Part shown: positions 19,930 to 30,074 of the stretch, piece after piece
Numbering within the stretch: the stretch's first letter is position 1
Layout of the letters: every line of letters begins with the position of its first letter
Origin: a virus
Lineage: Duplodnaviria > Heunggongvirae > Uroviricota > Caudoviricetes
Direction: 5' to 3' (one strand)
DNA length: 64,000 nucleotides
Virus record (IMG/VR): IMGVR_UViG_3300011947_000002
Span: 1-64,000 of that record
Program-made: the position numbers and the translations under genes
The notes under the pieces: model-generated
What the model was told of the DNA's origin: nothing
Databases searched by the model: none
The model's input: only the letters and a program-made list of their open reading frames with translations

Positions 19930-20355
19930 ATGAATATTGAAGATTTGGAAAAAAGGTTAAATTATATAGATAAGTCATATAACTTAACAAAGGTTGAAGA
20001 AGATACTTTTGCAGCAATTGTTTTATTAACCGAAAAAAAGGTGGGTCTTAAAAGAATTGCGCGCAAACATAAATTGGCAGATCGATATAAAGTCATAGCT
20101 TCGATTATTAAAAAAGAATTTTCCCATTGTGATCTAGAAGATATTAAATGGATATTATTTAAGCATGGATATATGAAAAAATCATTTATCCATCGCGTAG
20201 TGATTTGGCCTTCTATTATTAGTTGGCTATTATTTTTAGTATATTCTTATATGTGGTTAGAAATCAAAGTATTAATTATATTTATTTTATTTCTATCTAT
20301 TTTTGTGTGGGGTATAGCTCTTGTATATATTTCTGATCGTTTAGGATTAGATTAA
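19930..20355 (+). CDS. membrane protein, paralog C (141 aa)
   Basis: VEEDTFAAIVLLTEKK...WILFKHGY + 2 TM helices. Confidence 0.55.
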   Translation: MNIEDLEKRLNYIDKSYNLTKVEEDTFAAIVLLTEKKVGLKRIARKHKLADRYKVIASIIKKEFSHCDLEDIKWILFKHGYMKKSFIHRVVIWPSIISWLLFLVYSYMWLEIKVLIIFILFLSIFVWGIALVYISDRLGLD

Positions 20356-20431
20356 TTTTCAAAATAAGAACATATATGTTATAATTATGTTTGTTAATTT
20401 TACAATTTACTTTCTATTGGAGATGGAAATA

Positions 20432-21220
20432 ATGCTGAAAAAAATTTTGGCAGTTGGACTAACTTGTGCAGTGATGTTGTTTTCTGGATGTCAGCGAGTA
20501 GAACCAAACCAAGCTGGTGTATTAATGACTAACTATGGTAAAAAAGGAAAAGCTGATTTCCAAATTGTATCTGGTAAAGTATACACCCTATGGGCTGGTA
20601 CGGAATTATATACTATTCCATTATTTGATCAGCGTAGTGCGTTTGATAAAAACGTTATTTTAAAATCTGCTGATTCTACTGAATTTGTTGTCAAGCCTAT
20701 TTACTCATATCGTGTTATTAAAGATCGTGCCATTGATGTCGTGTTTGATAATAAACAAGCAATGACAGGCGATGATGGGAAAATGAAATCTATTGAAGAA
20801 AACATTTTAAATCCCCGCATTGTTGATATCTTACGTACATCACTGTTAAATCAAAAATCAACTGATTTGATGGGGGAAGGCGGAAACCGTAATTTTAATG
20901 AATTGATTCGCAAACAAGTTAATGAAGAATTTAGTAAACGTGGTTTTGAACTTATTACATTTAGCGCCATGCTTGATTATTCGGCTGAAGTAAAAGATAT
21001 TATTGATCAACGTAATCAAAGTAATACATCTTTGGAAACGATTGAATCAGACATCAAAAAGGCACGTCGTAAATTGGAATTAGAAAAGATTAATACCGAA
21101 ATCGCTTTGATCAAATCGGAAGGTTTGACAAAAGAAATTCTAACTGAACAATTTATTAGAAAATGGGATGGTAAATCAAGTTTGTATGGAAATACGCCTG
21201 TTACACATTTAGCAAAATAA
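20432..21220 (+). CDS. SPFH/band-7 (prohibitin/HflKC-like) lipoprotein (262 aa)
   Basis: Signal peptide MLKKILAVGLTCAVMLFSG|C with lipobox. EPNQAGVL and a following coiled-coil region are typical of SPFH proteins. GGAG SD 11 nt upstream of this ATG. Confidence 0.55.
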   Translation: MLKKILAVGLTCAVMLFSGCQRVEPNQAGVLMTNYGKKGKADFQIVSGKVYTLWAGTELYTIPLFDQRSAFDKNVILKSADSTEFVVKPIYSYRVIKDRAIDVVFDNKQAMTGDDGKMKSIEENILNPRIVDILRTSLLNQKSTDLMGEGGNRNFNELIRKQVNEEFSKRGFELITFSAMLDYSAEVKDIIDQRNQSNTSLETIESDIKKARRKLELEKINTEIALIKSEGLTKEILTEQFIRKWDGKSSLYGNTPVTHLAK

Positions 21221-21225
21221 TTAAT

Positions 21226-21252
21226 AAGGGCCATTCAAAATGGCCTTTTTTG
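21226..21252 (+). terminator. rho-independent terminator
   Basis: GGGCCATT-CAAA-ATGGCC followed by TTTTTTG. Confidence 0.65.
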
Positions 21253-21428
21253 AGGATTTAAATTTGATTTTATATAATTTTATTCTAGCTATATGTTCTG
21301 GTGCTATATCCATCATGGTAATTATTGGTTTTATTTTTAAAGAAACAGCGCCTAATTTCTGGACTATTCTTATATGGTTTATTTGTTTGTTTAGTGGTCT
21401 TTTATTAGGACAGTATTTATTTTATTAA
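21240..21428 (+). CDS. small 2-TM membrane protein (62 aa), doubtful
   Basis: The ORF starts inside the terminator hairpin. The product is very hydrophobic. No RBS. Confidence 0.3.
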   Translation: MAFFEDLNLILYNFILAICSGAISIMVIIGFIFKETAPNFWTILIWFICLFSGLLLGQYLFY

Positions 21429-21525
21429 TATGATCAAATTTGAAATAAGGGATACAAATATGTATCCTTTTTATTTTTTATAGGTATAATGTAACTTAAT
21501 TTTAAACTATCATCGAGTTATATTA

Positions 21526-23256
21526 ATGGATATAAGTGTTACAGAAATTAAAGATTATATTTCTAAAGCATACAAAGATATCGGTATGATTCCAATCAAC
21601 GGCCAAGATTCAATCGTTGAAAGAATTTTAGTAGATTTCTTCATCAATAAGAAAAGAAATGTTATTGCATCATTAGACACTGGATTTGGTAAATCAGTTA
21701 TTGGGGCTGTTGTTGCAAAAGTATTTTCATACGTAGTTGAAGAAGATTCTGAAGATCGTGTATATCCATCTATGATTGTTGTACATAGTAATTCGCTTGT
21801 AAAACAATATGGAGAAACTTTTAATAAATTCAATCCTACTGAATTTCATCAAATCATCGGGGCTAATAACTATCACTGCGAAGCTGCCACGGCACTATCT
21901 AAAGAAGGTGAAGTATTAAATGCTGAAGATTGTTTTGAAAGTATTGCTGATGAACAAATCAAAAAGAAATACTGCATGGACTGTGAATATAAACGTGCGA
22001 AATCATTTGTTAATAACACTGACTGTCTAATCACGAACTATAGTTATCATTTCATTAGTCGTATGGTTTCCAATCATGTAGCCAAACGCAAGATTATGAT
22101 TTTTGATGAAGCACATAATGTGAATGAAGTATTTTGTGATCATAATTCTGTTCACGTTTCACAAGAAAAATTAGAAAAGTATATTGATGAAACTAAGCTT
22201 TATTTTGCGGTTGAAACTAAATCTCAACGTAAAGTATTGCGCGACATCCGTGACCAACTAGAGAATAAAGAAATACGCGAATCCAACTACGTTAATTCAT
22301 TGCGGGATTTAATGAATGCTTATCGTGGTATTTCTAAAATATTTAAAGATAAAAATACAGATAAATCAGATATTGAAAAATATATGAAATTAAATCGTAT
22401 TATGAAGAAATATGATGATCTTGCATCAAAGATTAATGATTTATTTATTTTTAAGTATGATCATGCATTTGATGGGTATGATCCAGAAAATAAAAATCAT
22501 TATGGTGACAAATACCCACGTGAATTCACAATAAAACCAATTTTTGTGGGTTCTATGTCAGATAAAATCATGAGTGAATATAATCTATTCATGAGTGCAA
22601 CTATTTCTGATGAATTTATGGTTACAACGATGGGGTTGAAGCCAGAAGAAACATCATTTATTAAATTGCCACCTATTTATGATCCAGAAAACAAAACGAT
22701 TGTTTTTTCTGGTGCACATAAGTTGAACTTTGCAGCAATGAAAGATCAGGCCGTATTGAATGATCTGTGTGAAACAGTTAAGACGATTCTGGATGATGCG
22801 CATAATGATAATTATAAAGGTTTAATCTTAACGCCTTCATTTGATGTAACTGAAATGATTGCGAATATTGTTCCGCGCCATACTAAAATATTTCAACATA
22901 AACGTGGAACTAAAATTGATCCATTGATCCAGCAATTTAAATCATATACGGGTGGTTCCGCTGTATTAATATCACCTTCAATTTATGAAGGTTTGGATTT
23001 TAAGGATGATTTTTCACGGTTCCAAATTATTTTTAAAGCGCCTTATCCATCACTGGGTGATAAGCGTATGAAATATATCGCAAGTAATTATCCGAAGGTT
23101 TACCGCATCATGACATTGATGAAAATTGTACAAGGTGTTGGGCGTTCTGTACGTAATAAGGATGATTGGGCAATCACGTTCATGCTTGATAAAAATGCTG
23201 AAGAATTATTTAATTCTAATTTGAATGTTTGGTATGATCAATTTAATGTGATATAA
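21526..23256 (+). CDS. DinG/XPD(Rad3)-family superfamily-2 helicase with Fe-S cluster domain (576 aa)
   Basis: Walker A LDTGFGKS, DEAH box IFDEAHN, four-Cys cluster C-x8-C ... C-x2-C (CEAATALSKEGEVLNAEDC...CMDC) between the motifs. Confidence 0.7.
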   Translation: MDISVTEIKDYISKAYKDIGMIPINGQDSIVERILVDFFINKKRNVIASLDTGFGKSVIGAVVAKVFSYVVEEDSEDRVYPSMIVVHSNSLVKQYGETFNKFNPTEFHQIIGANNYHCEAATALSKEGEVLNAEDCFESIADEQIKKKYCMDCEYKRAKSFVNNTDCLITNYSYHFISRMVSNHVAKRKIMIFDEAHNVNEVFCDHNSVHVSQEKLEKYIDETKLYFAVETKSQRKVLRDIRDQLENKEIRESNYVNSLRDLMNAYRGISKIFKDKNTDKSDIEKYMKLNRIMKKYDDLASKINDLFIFKYDHAFDGYDPENKNHYGDKYPREFTIKPIFVGSMSDKIMSEYNLFMSATISDEFMVTTMGLKPEETSFIKLPPIYDPENKTIVFSGAHKLNFAAMKDQAVLNDLCETVKTILDDAHNDNYKGLILTPSFDVTEMIANIVPRHTKIFQHKRGTKIDPLIQQFKSYTGGSAVLISPSIYEGLDFKDDFSRFQIIFKAPYPSLGDKRMKYIASNYPKVYRIMTLMKIVQGVGRSVRNKDDWAITFMLDKNAEELFNSNLNVWYDQFNVI

Positions 23257-23268
23257 AAGGATGCAAAT

Positions 23269-23538
23269 ATGAAAGTGATTAATGATCAATCTAATATGTA
23301 TAATTTTTATAACAAGTTGAAAGAATTGTTGGCGACTTATACGGAAGATGATTTAAAATTTGCTGAAGCAGCATTACCGAAAGGTACGGATATCAATAAA
23401 TATGCTACTATCTATGGTATAAATTACCAAATCAAAAACTTTGAAAGTTTACATGGGTTTGTATTTTATGCCGTAATTGATAGATTACATAATAAGGTAG
23501 TCATTGAAAAAATGATAATGGAAGCAAAAGAAGTTTAA
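23269..23538 (+). CDS. hypothetical protein (89 aa)
   Basis: Intact ORF. Confidence 0.45.
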   Translation: MKVINDQSNMYNFYNKLKELLATYTEDDLKFAEAALPKGTDINKYATIYGINYQIKNFESLHGFVFYAVIDRLHNKVVIEKMIMEAKEV

Positions 23539-23662
23539 AAATAGGTGAATTATTTTGACATAAATAAAATAGTTCACCAACATCCAAATGTGGATAATTT
23601 AGAACATATTAATCGACAATTTTAATTACTGAATGTAATAATGTAAGTCAATGGAGTAAAAC

Positions 23663-24706
23663 ATGAAAGAATTAGTATCAAAAATCGGCGCGCTTAATGC
23701 AGAACCAAAAGTAGAAAAGAAATTAGTTAACCATCTAATCTTTTTAATCGACAGTTCATCATCTATGCACAATCTAGTTAAGACTGTCAAAACTGTATTT
23801 GATAAGACTTTTAGCGAATTCCAAAAACTGTCAGCAAATGACGGTCAACAAATCAATCTATCAATTTACCGTTTTGGTTCTGATATCGATCGCGCCTTGT
23901 ATAACAAAAATATCAAATATGCAAATGAAGACTTGAGTTTCTATGCGAATGGTATGACTAAATTTCGTGATTGTATCGCTAAAGCAATTGATGATCACTC
24001 ACATATCAAATCTACTGAAACTGAAGATCATAGCTTCCTGATGTATGCTATTACTGATGGATACGATAATATGTCACAAATCACCACATCAGCCCTTGGT
24101 GCTAAAATCAATAAACTAAGTGATGATTGGACTGTTGCAGCTTTGGTTCCAGATGCACAATCAATGTATGAATGCAAAAAAGCTGGTATTCCAAGCGGTA
24201 ATATTCAGGTATGGGATATCACTTCAACTAAAGGTTTTGAAGAAGTTGGGGAACGTATTGCAGCATCTTATATGTCATATTCTGATTCCCGTTCGACTGG
24301 CACACGTTCAGTAAGCAATCTGTTCCAATTGAATACTGATCAATTAACTAAGAAGAAAATTTCATCTGAATTAAAACAGGTTGATGGCTTCTTATTTGAT
24401 GCTAAAGAAGATGTCGTAATCAAAGACTTTGTTGAACGTTCAACTGGCAAATCATATGTTAAGGGTAAAGCTTACTATGAATTAGCTAAGAGTGAAATGA
24501 TTCAATCAAATAAAGATATCGTGATCATCTCTAATGTTGATGGTAAGCGATACGGCGGCCAGAACGCACGTGATGTACTTGGATTGCCAGATTACGCCGT
24601 AAAGGTAAAAGTAGGCCAGTTTGGGGACTGGAAGGTATATGTACAATCAACCAGCGTGAATCGTAAAATTAAAGAAGGTACAAGCGTATTTGTGATCCAA
24701 TCTTAA
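23663..24706 (+). CDS. von Willebrand factor A (vWA) domain protein (347 aa)
   Basis: MIDAS motif LIFLIDSSSSM (DxSxS) and downstream T/D residues (ITDGYDN). Confidence 0.55.
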   Translation: MKELVSKIGALNAEPKVEKKLVNHLIFLIDSSSSMHNLVKTVKTVFDKTFSEFQKLSANDGQQINLSIYRFGSDIDRALYNKNIKYANEDLSFYANGMTKFRDCIAKAIDDHSHIKSTETEDHSFLMYAITDGYDNMSQITTSALGAKINKLSDDWTVAALVPDAQSMYECKKAGIPSGNIQVWDITSTKGFEEVGERIAASYMSYSDSRSTGTRSVSNLFQLNTDQLTKKKISSELKQVDGFLFDAKEDVVIKDFVERSTGKSYVKGKAYYELAKSEMIQSNKDIVIISNVDGKRYGGQNARDVLGLPDYAVKVKVGQFGDWKVYVQSTSVNRKIKEGTSVFVIQS

Positions 24707-24722
24707 TTAATTAAATAATTAG

Positions 24723-24752
24723 AAAAAGCATCCAGATGGGTGCTTTTCTTTT
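24723..24752 (+). terminator. rho-independent terminator (imperfect stem)
   Basis: AGCATCC-AGA-TGGGTGCT followed by TTTCTTTTT. Confidence 0.5.
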
Positions 24753-24780
24753 TGACAAATATGAATCATATATGTAATAA
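24752..24780 (+). promoter_or_regulatory. sigma70 promoter TTGACA-17-TAATAA
   Basis: TTGACAAATATGAATCATATATGTAATAAT. Nearly identical to the 25948 and 31437 promoters. Confidence 0.5.
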
Positions 24781-24811
24781 TTAATTATTAGATAATCTGT
24801 TGGGATTTATT

Positions 24812-25219
24812 ATGGGATTAGAAGCTGAATATTGCGATTCAACAACGCAAGTCGCGGTGGATAAAGCAGAGTTTCTTGAAATTTGGAAGTCCTTTCGATT
24901 TTATAAAGAAAAAAACAATATTCAATTTGAATATGATTCACGTTGCGCCGCGCCACACTTAATCTATCAAAATAAATTGATGGAAGCTGGTATGAATGGT
25001 GATAAGCGTCGTGCTGTAGCATCTGAATTATACCATGTAAATACAGCTAAGAAAGTGAAGGATGCCTGCATTTGTCCATCTTGTGGGGGTGAATTCATTA
25101 AGGGTAGTTACCAGCAAAAGTTTTGCAAATCTAAAATTAAAGGTCGATCTTCTTGTAAAGATTTCTTCCATAACTTTGTCAATCCATCACGCATGGCTCG
25201 TCTAAACTGGGATGTATAA
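24812..25219 (+). CDS. zinc-ribbon protein (135 aa)
   Basis: CICPSCGG...C cluster. Start moved from TTG 24800 to ATG 24812. Confidence 0.5.
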   Translation: MGLEAEYCDSTTQVAVDKAEFLEIWKSFRFYKEKNNIQFEYDSRCAAPHLIYQNKLMEAGMNGDKRRAVASELYHVNTAKKVKDACICPSCGGEFIKGSYQQKFCKSKIKGRSSCKDFFHNFVNPSRMARLNWDV

Positions 25220-25511
25220 TATGAAAGTTTATTTGGATGTGAATAGCTTATTCGATAATATTGATTTAGATGAATTCGTGGCTGATCTAGAGGATCATAA
25301 TCAAAAATTGGTTAAGGGCACAATCAAGGTTGCTGGTGGTTTAGAAGCAGCTAAGGACTTGCTTAAAAATCGACCTGAAGGTTGCAATGCCTATGATATT
25401 ATGGATCAATATTATGGTTATCTGGATGACTGGTTTATGGTTGACCACAATATTACTATCAATCTTGATGATCTTGAATTAGCTGTCAAGGATTTCGATA
25501 ATGAAAAATGA
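25212..25511 (+). CDS. hypothetical acidic protein (99 aa)
   Basis: Intact ORF. Confidence 0.45.
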   Translation: MYNMKVYLDVNSLFDNIDLDEFVADLEDHNQKLVKGTIKVAGGLEAAKDLLKNRPEGCNAYDIMDQYYGYLDDWFMVDHNITINLDDLELAVKDFDNEK

Positions 25512-25944
25512 GAATATAACTAATATTAATTTTCGGGACATGAATATTTCCGTAAGTTCATTATTAGAATTAATTAATGCCGAAGAAATAAAATTGGAAT
25601 ACTTTATCAATAAGCCATATTCAATTTGGGATAATTCTAAAAAAAGCCAATTCATTGAATTATTTCTTATACGCGCTCCTATAAGGGATATAATTCTTCA
25701 TGATGGTATTCATAACTTTTCAATTATTGATGGTTTAATGCGACTATCCACGATTTATGATTTCTTTAATGATGGATTTGAATTAGTCGATTTGAAACTT
25801 ATTCATGAATTCAATGGCAATAAATATTCAGATTTGAAACGGGCTTTTCAACGGCGCATAGAAGAAACATATTTACATATCTATTGCATAGATTCCATAA
25901 AAGAACCAGACCTTGCTATTCGGATAGCATCCAACTATCTGTGA
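25501..25944 (+). CDS. DUF262 (ParB/Srx-like nuclease fold) domain protein (147 aa)
   Basis: SIIDGLMRLSTI resembles the vIDGQQRltT core of DUF262/GmrSD N-domains. No DUF1524 partner. Confidence 0.4.
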   Translation: MKNENITNINFRDMNISVSSLLELINAEEIKLEYFINKPYSIWDNSKKSQFIELFLIRAPIRDIILHDGIHNFSIIDGLMRLSTIYDFFNDGFELVDLKLIHEFNGNKYSDLKRAFQRRIEETYLHIYCIDSIKEPDLAIRIASNYL

Positions 25945-25947
25945 TTT

Positions 25948-25975
25948 TTGACAAATATAATCTAATATGTAATAA
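25948..25975 (+). promoter_or_regulatory. sigma70 promoter TTGACA-16-TAATAA
   Basis: TTGACAAATATAATCTAATATGTAATAAT. Confidence 0.5.
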
Positions 25976-26009
25976 TTTACCTAGTGTAATATATTAATGG
26001 ATATATGAT

Positions 26010-26933
26010 ATGTTTTATTTTGATTATAAGAGTATTCATCTTGAGTGTACTAAAAAATCCTTAATTGTATTATTAAAAGCTGCTGGGTTATATGATTTTG
26101 TAGAGAGAGTGAAATATGTAACTGATACTAATCCTGTCAAAATGTTTAAACAAATTGGAATTTCCCGTGGCGATGCATTTCGCATAATGTATTTTGATGA
26201 TAGACTTCCAACAATGGAAAATAAGGAATTAGTCAATTATATTGATTTTGATTCATGGGAGTGTTTTAGTAAAAGACCACAATTAAAAAAGCAATATAAA
26301 GTTGAATTCGAAAACCGGAGAAATTTTCCTATATATACTCAATTATATTGGGCTAGATATATATTATGGACTAAACAGACTACTACTTTAATCCATAGTA
26401 GCAATCAGAATATGCGAGTGGATATATCTAATCGAGAATTAATATTATTTTTGGATAATATAGTACCGAATTTAACCGATGATCTTACTCCACAACAATA
26501 CGTAGAAAATTGCGCAAATTATCTAGATGAGTATATTCTAATTTATTATCGAGATAAAATGACAGTTGATTATAATGCAAAAACGACTGTTCCAGAATAT
26601 ATAACTAATCATTGTTTCACTAATATACATGTGATCAAATCAGTTTGTTCAATGATATATGTGGGAAATAAAATGAAACACTGTGCATCAACCCCATTTA
26701 ACTTAAAGAACTTTGAAAATGGTCATTTATTTGTACAGATCACGACTAATGATCCACGTGTTCCAGAATATACTGTTCACTATAAATGGTTTTTGAATGG
26801 TATAGTTGAAATAAAAGATTATTCTAGAAAATCAAATGGTGTATTTCCAGTAGACTTTGATTTTTCAGATATGAGTAATTTTAGAGATATGTTGAAACAG
26901 CGTCTTATAGATGCAAGCTGGGATAGACTATGA
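26010..26933 (+). CDS. hypothetical protein (307 aa)
   Basis: Intact ORF. Confidence 0.5.
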   Translation: MFYFDYKSIHLECTKKSLIVLLKAAGLYDFVERVKYVTDTNPVKMFKQIGISRGDAFRIMYFDDRLPTMENKELVNYIDFDSWECFSKRPQLKKQYKVEFENRRNFPIYTQLYWARYILWTKQTTTLIHSSNQNMRVDISNRELILFLDNIVPNLTDDLTPQQYVENCANYLDEYILIYYRDKMTVDYNAKTTVPEYITNHCFTNIHVIKSVCSMIYVGNKMKHCASTPFNLKNFENGHLFVQITTNDPRVPEYTVHYKWFLNGIVEIKDYSRKSNGVFPVDFDFSDMSNFRDMLKQRLIDASWDRL

Positions 26934-27559
26934 TCACATTCTATCGTGTAGAACATCCAAGCGGGAAATTCCTGTACGTGGGTAATGACACTTTCGTAAA
27001 AGCTTCTGGCCTTGAAGATCATAATTATGATTCATTCCATACTGGGATAATGAATGATATAGATAAAACGTACTATAAGCGTCAATTATATGATACTTTT
27101 AAATGCACATTGGATAATCCTAATAATAAAGTATACGATGATGTGCATGATGAATTTTATAAAATCATCGAGCCGTATTTGCGTAATAAATCATTCCGTT
27201 GTTTCTTTAATAATCTTGAATCTTTAAAGAAATGGTTTTCACAGGATAATTTACGCGCAATTAAAAAAGGCGGCTATCAATTAATTAAATATTCATTCGA
27301 AGTGGATTTTGATCCGCAAAAGATATTTATTTGTGAACATCAATCGGCCATTGATATTGAATATATGGAACGTGAAAGCACAATTAAAGAATTAATTAAT
27401 TGGGATGTAGTTATTGATAAATCTTTATCTGAAAGATTCTGTGATCACATTCGTTCCATGACTGATGAAGAAATATATGCACGTGCACAAACCGCACCAG
27501 ATTGTGGATTTGATGTTGATTCATTTTTAAGAAATAGAGAAATTATAGGATTCAATTAA
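26930..27559 (+). CDS. hypothetical protein (209 aa)
   Basis: ATGA-coupled. Confidence 0.5.
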   Translation: MITFYRVEHPSGKFLYVGNDTFVKASGLEDHNYDSFHTGIMNDIDKTYYKRQLYDTFKCTLDNPNNKVYDDVHDEFYKIIEPYLRNKSFRCFFNNLESLKKWFSQDNLRAIKKGGYQLIKYSFEVDFDPQKIFICEHQSAIDIEYMERESTIKELINWDVVIDKSLSERFCDHIRSMTDEEIYARAQTAPDCGFDVDSFLRNREIIGFN

Positions 27560-27650
27560 ATGGTTACATGAAAATAATATGATTCACTGGGATAATTCAC
27601 CAGAATTCAAATTATTCATTTTTCGAACTTCAAAATAAAAAGGAAAATTA

Positions 27651-28112
27651 ATGACACAATTGCATGCTAAACATAAAATGCGTGGTCGAATTACAAAACG
27701 TGTTTGTCCATGCTGTGATGATTTAGTCAATACCAAAAAGCGTTATTACTTATCAAAAGAATCATTCCGTGATGAAATTATTCACGGGATTCAGGAGTCG
27801 GATTTTATTAATGATATTACAGACCAGTGTGAATATCTGTATAAATACTTTCCATACGATAAGATCAATGTTCGCTTTAATTTTATATTCGGGGAATACT
27901 TTGTATACCTGAATGATTACACAAAATGGTATCGTCTGGATGATATCGATGACGCATTGGCTTTTGGCCTATGGAGTGACATTGATACGGATCATATGAC
28001 GATTGAACAATTACTACGCATCAGGAATGATTTTGAAGCTGTCGATGCTGAAAACTGGTATGATGTGAAATATGTACCTAAAACTTTACGCTGGCGGCAT
28101 AATAAACATTAA
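27651..28112 (+). CDS. zinc-finger protein (153 aa)
   Basis: N-terminal RVCPCCDD cluster. AAAGGAAAATTA-ATG RBS. Confidence 0.5.
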   Translation: MTQLHAKHKMRGRITKRVCPCCDDLVNTKKRYYLSKESFRDEIIHGIQESDFINDITDQCEYLYKYFPYDKINVRFNFIFGEYFVYLNDYTKWYRLDDIDDALAFGLWSDIDTDHMTIEQLLRIRNDFEAVDAENWYDVKYVPKTLRWRHNKH

Positions 28113-28128
28113 CTAAAGGAAATTCATC

Positions 28129-28491
28129 ATGTTTGATTTAATTGAAGTTGCTGAAGTAAACCATTTTATTGAATATGATGAATCCTTTCATAAGACATTT
28201 TATATCACTATTCGCCTGAATAATAAAACCCAAAGCTTTGTCATGGGGGATTTGTGTGAAGGGGATTATCAACCAATTCCTGAATATAAAATAGTACATA
28301 ATATATGTTTAATAGGGGATTTCCAGTGTGACTACACAAAAGAGAAATTAGAAGAATTTTGCTTGTTAAATGATATTTGTTTAAGTTGGTATGAAGATTA
28401 CAGCGAATGGAGTGAATATTTGATTTACAACGATCCTGAACATATGTATTATTATCAGGAACATATTGCTGAATCATATGGCTACAAATAG
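28129..28491 (+). CDS. hypothetical protein (120 aa)
   Basis: AAGGAAATTCATC-ATG RBS. Confidence 0.5.
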   Translation: MFDLIEVAEVNHFIEYDESFHKTFYITIRLNNKTQSFVMGDLCEGDYQPIPEYKIVHNICLIGDFQCDYTKEKLEEFCLLNDICLSWYEDYSEWSEYLIYNDPEHMYYYQEHIAESYGYK

Positions 28492-28499
28492 GAACATAT

Positions 28500-28859
28500 A
28501 TGGTATACAAATTTGAAGTGGAAATAGCCCGTGATAAATTAAATTTAATTGGAAGTGCTATTCGCCAATATTTCACTATGTATTATAGTGATGTGCATGG
28601 ATTAACATTTAAGATGAATGGCCCTTGTAATCAGAAAGATTGGTTGTTGATTGATGTATCTCTAATCAAGCCAGAATTCGTTAATGTGTGGCCGCTTGAA
28701 GTTATGATTCCACAAATATTACATCGCGTTCAATATTTGCCGAAAGCTGATGCATCTGATTACGATGATTATGACGTTAGCATTGAACAAACAATTACTG
28801 TATCTGTGACTCCCCACGGAATCGAAATCCGTCCTACTTTCCAGCATTACGGAAAATAA
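28500..28859 (+). CDS. hypothetical protein (119 aa)
   Basis: Intact ORF. Confidence 0.5.
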   Translation: MVYKFEVEIARDKLNLIGSAIRQYFTMYYSDVHGLTFKMNGPCNQKDWLLIDVSLIKPEFVNVWPLEVMIPQILHRVQYLPKADASDYDDYDVSIEQTITVSVTPHGIEIRPTFQHYGK

Positions 28860-28860
28860 T

Positions 28861-29061
28861 ATGATTGATAAGAATGGGGAGAATATCAAAGCTGGCACAC
28901 CTGTTAAAGTAGATATGTTTAATATTCATGATCATGGTTTGGTTGTTCGCTTTTGGCATCGCGTCATATTTGATAAGAAAGAAGATGTTGCTGAAGTCAG
29001 ATTAAAATCTGGTCGATTCATAATGGTAACTTCTAAATATTTGGTTAAGGAATTCTGGTGA
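28861..29061 (+). CDS. hypothetical protein (66 aa)
   Basis: Resembles the next gene: MIDKNGENIKAGTPVKV vs MKDKYGVELAVGDHVVI. Confidence 0.45.
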   Translation: MIDKNGENIKAGTPVKVDMFNIHDHGLVVRFWHRVIFDKKEDVAEVRLKSGRFIMVTSKYLVKEFW

Positions 29062-29065
29062 CAAC

Positions 29066-29287
29066 ATGAAAGATAAATATGGTGTTGAATTAGCTGTTGG
29101 GGATCATGTTGTTATTTCCCAATATAATATATTCACAAATAGAACTACATTTGAAAAAGCTGTGATTACTCGATTATATACAGTAGTTTCCGTTGACAAT
29201 GAAAATTTAAAAACTGAAGGTGCTGATGTCGATTTAATTAATGGTGAACAATCCGAAGCATTCACTAAATTTATTATCAAGATTTAA
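29066..29287 (+). CDS. hypothetical protein (73 aa), weak paralog of the preceding gene
   Basis: Same K-x-G-x-x-x-x-x-G-x-x-V opening and similar size. Confidence 0.45.
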   Translation: MKDKYGVELAVGDHVVISQYNIFTNRTTFEKAVITRLYTVVSVDNENLKTEGADVDLINGEQSEAFTKFIIKI

Positions 29288-29296
29288 GGATATAAC

Positions 29297-29605
29297 ATGG
29301 TATATCTTCCATCAAATATATTCATTCGTTTCTTTGGTATCGAAGAAGCACAAGTTGTCGTTATTAATACCCAAGCATATAATGATCCATATTACATTTA
29401 TGATGCTGGTCTTAGTTCTAGTATCATGGTTGATGTTGGAGAATTAAAACAATTCGTTAAATCAATTGAATTAGTGAATGAAGAAGGTTCCCTTGATGAC
29501 GCGAAGGATCGATTGAAATTCATGCGTCGAATGATGGATAGAAATGAACGTTTAGAACAGGCCGTAATTGATTACGAATTATGCTACCTGAAGGAATACA
29601 AATGA
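29297..29605 (+). CDS. hypothetical protein (102 aa)
   Basis: AAGGATATAAC-ATG RBS. Confidence 0.5.
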   Translation: MVYLPSNIFIRFFGIEEAQVVVINTQAYNDPYYIYDAGLSSSIMVDVGELKQFVKSIELVNEEGSLDDAKDRLKFMRRMMDRNERLEQAVIDYELCYLKEYK

Positions 29606-29639
29606 ATATTATTTACGCGAAGCACGGGATGTCGATTAA

Positions 29640-30074
29640 ATGTTAGATTCAATTAAATTATATTTGCATATATTCGAAGATTATCATAATTGCGAAACAT
29701 GTGGTCTTAATTACGGAACCATTTATACACTATCTGAATATCCTTTCGATAGTGATGAAGGCCATAATTGTTTTTCATCTGGCACTGGCGCAAGTTGTTA
29801 TGGTGGTAAAGATGGTACACTTCAACATGTGATTGATTACATCAATAGTGCTTACATCAAAGATATTAATATTGATCATATGGGTAAAGATGATTTGTCT
29901 AGAGATATGACATATGAAGAATATCAAGAACACTATGATCGCGCTATAATCAAATGTTTTGCGCGGCATGGTATTGACCTACATATCACACGTGATGAAG
30001 CTACTATTGATAACGACGATGATTATGATGATTATGATGATTATAATGATCCAGATGATGAAGGTGTCGTGTAA
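29640..30074 (+). CDS. hypothetical protein with poly-acidic tail (144 aa)
   Basis: C-terminus DNDDDYDDYDDYNDPDDEGVV. Confidence 0.5.
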   Translation: MLDSIKLYLHIFEDYHNCETCGLNYGTIYTLSEYPFDSDEGHNCFSSGTGASCYGGKDGTLQHVIDYINSAYIKDINIDHMGKDDLSRDMTYEEYQEHYDRAIIKCFARHGIDLHITRDEATIDNDDDYDDYDDYNDPDDEGVV

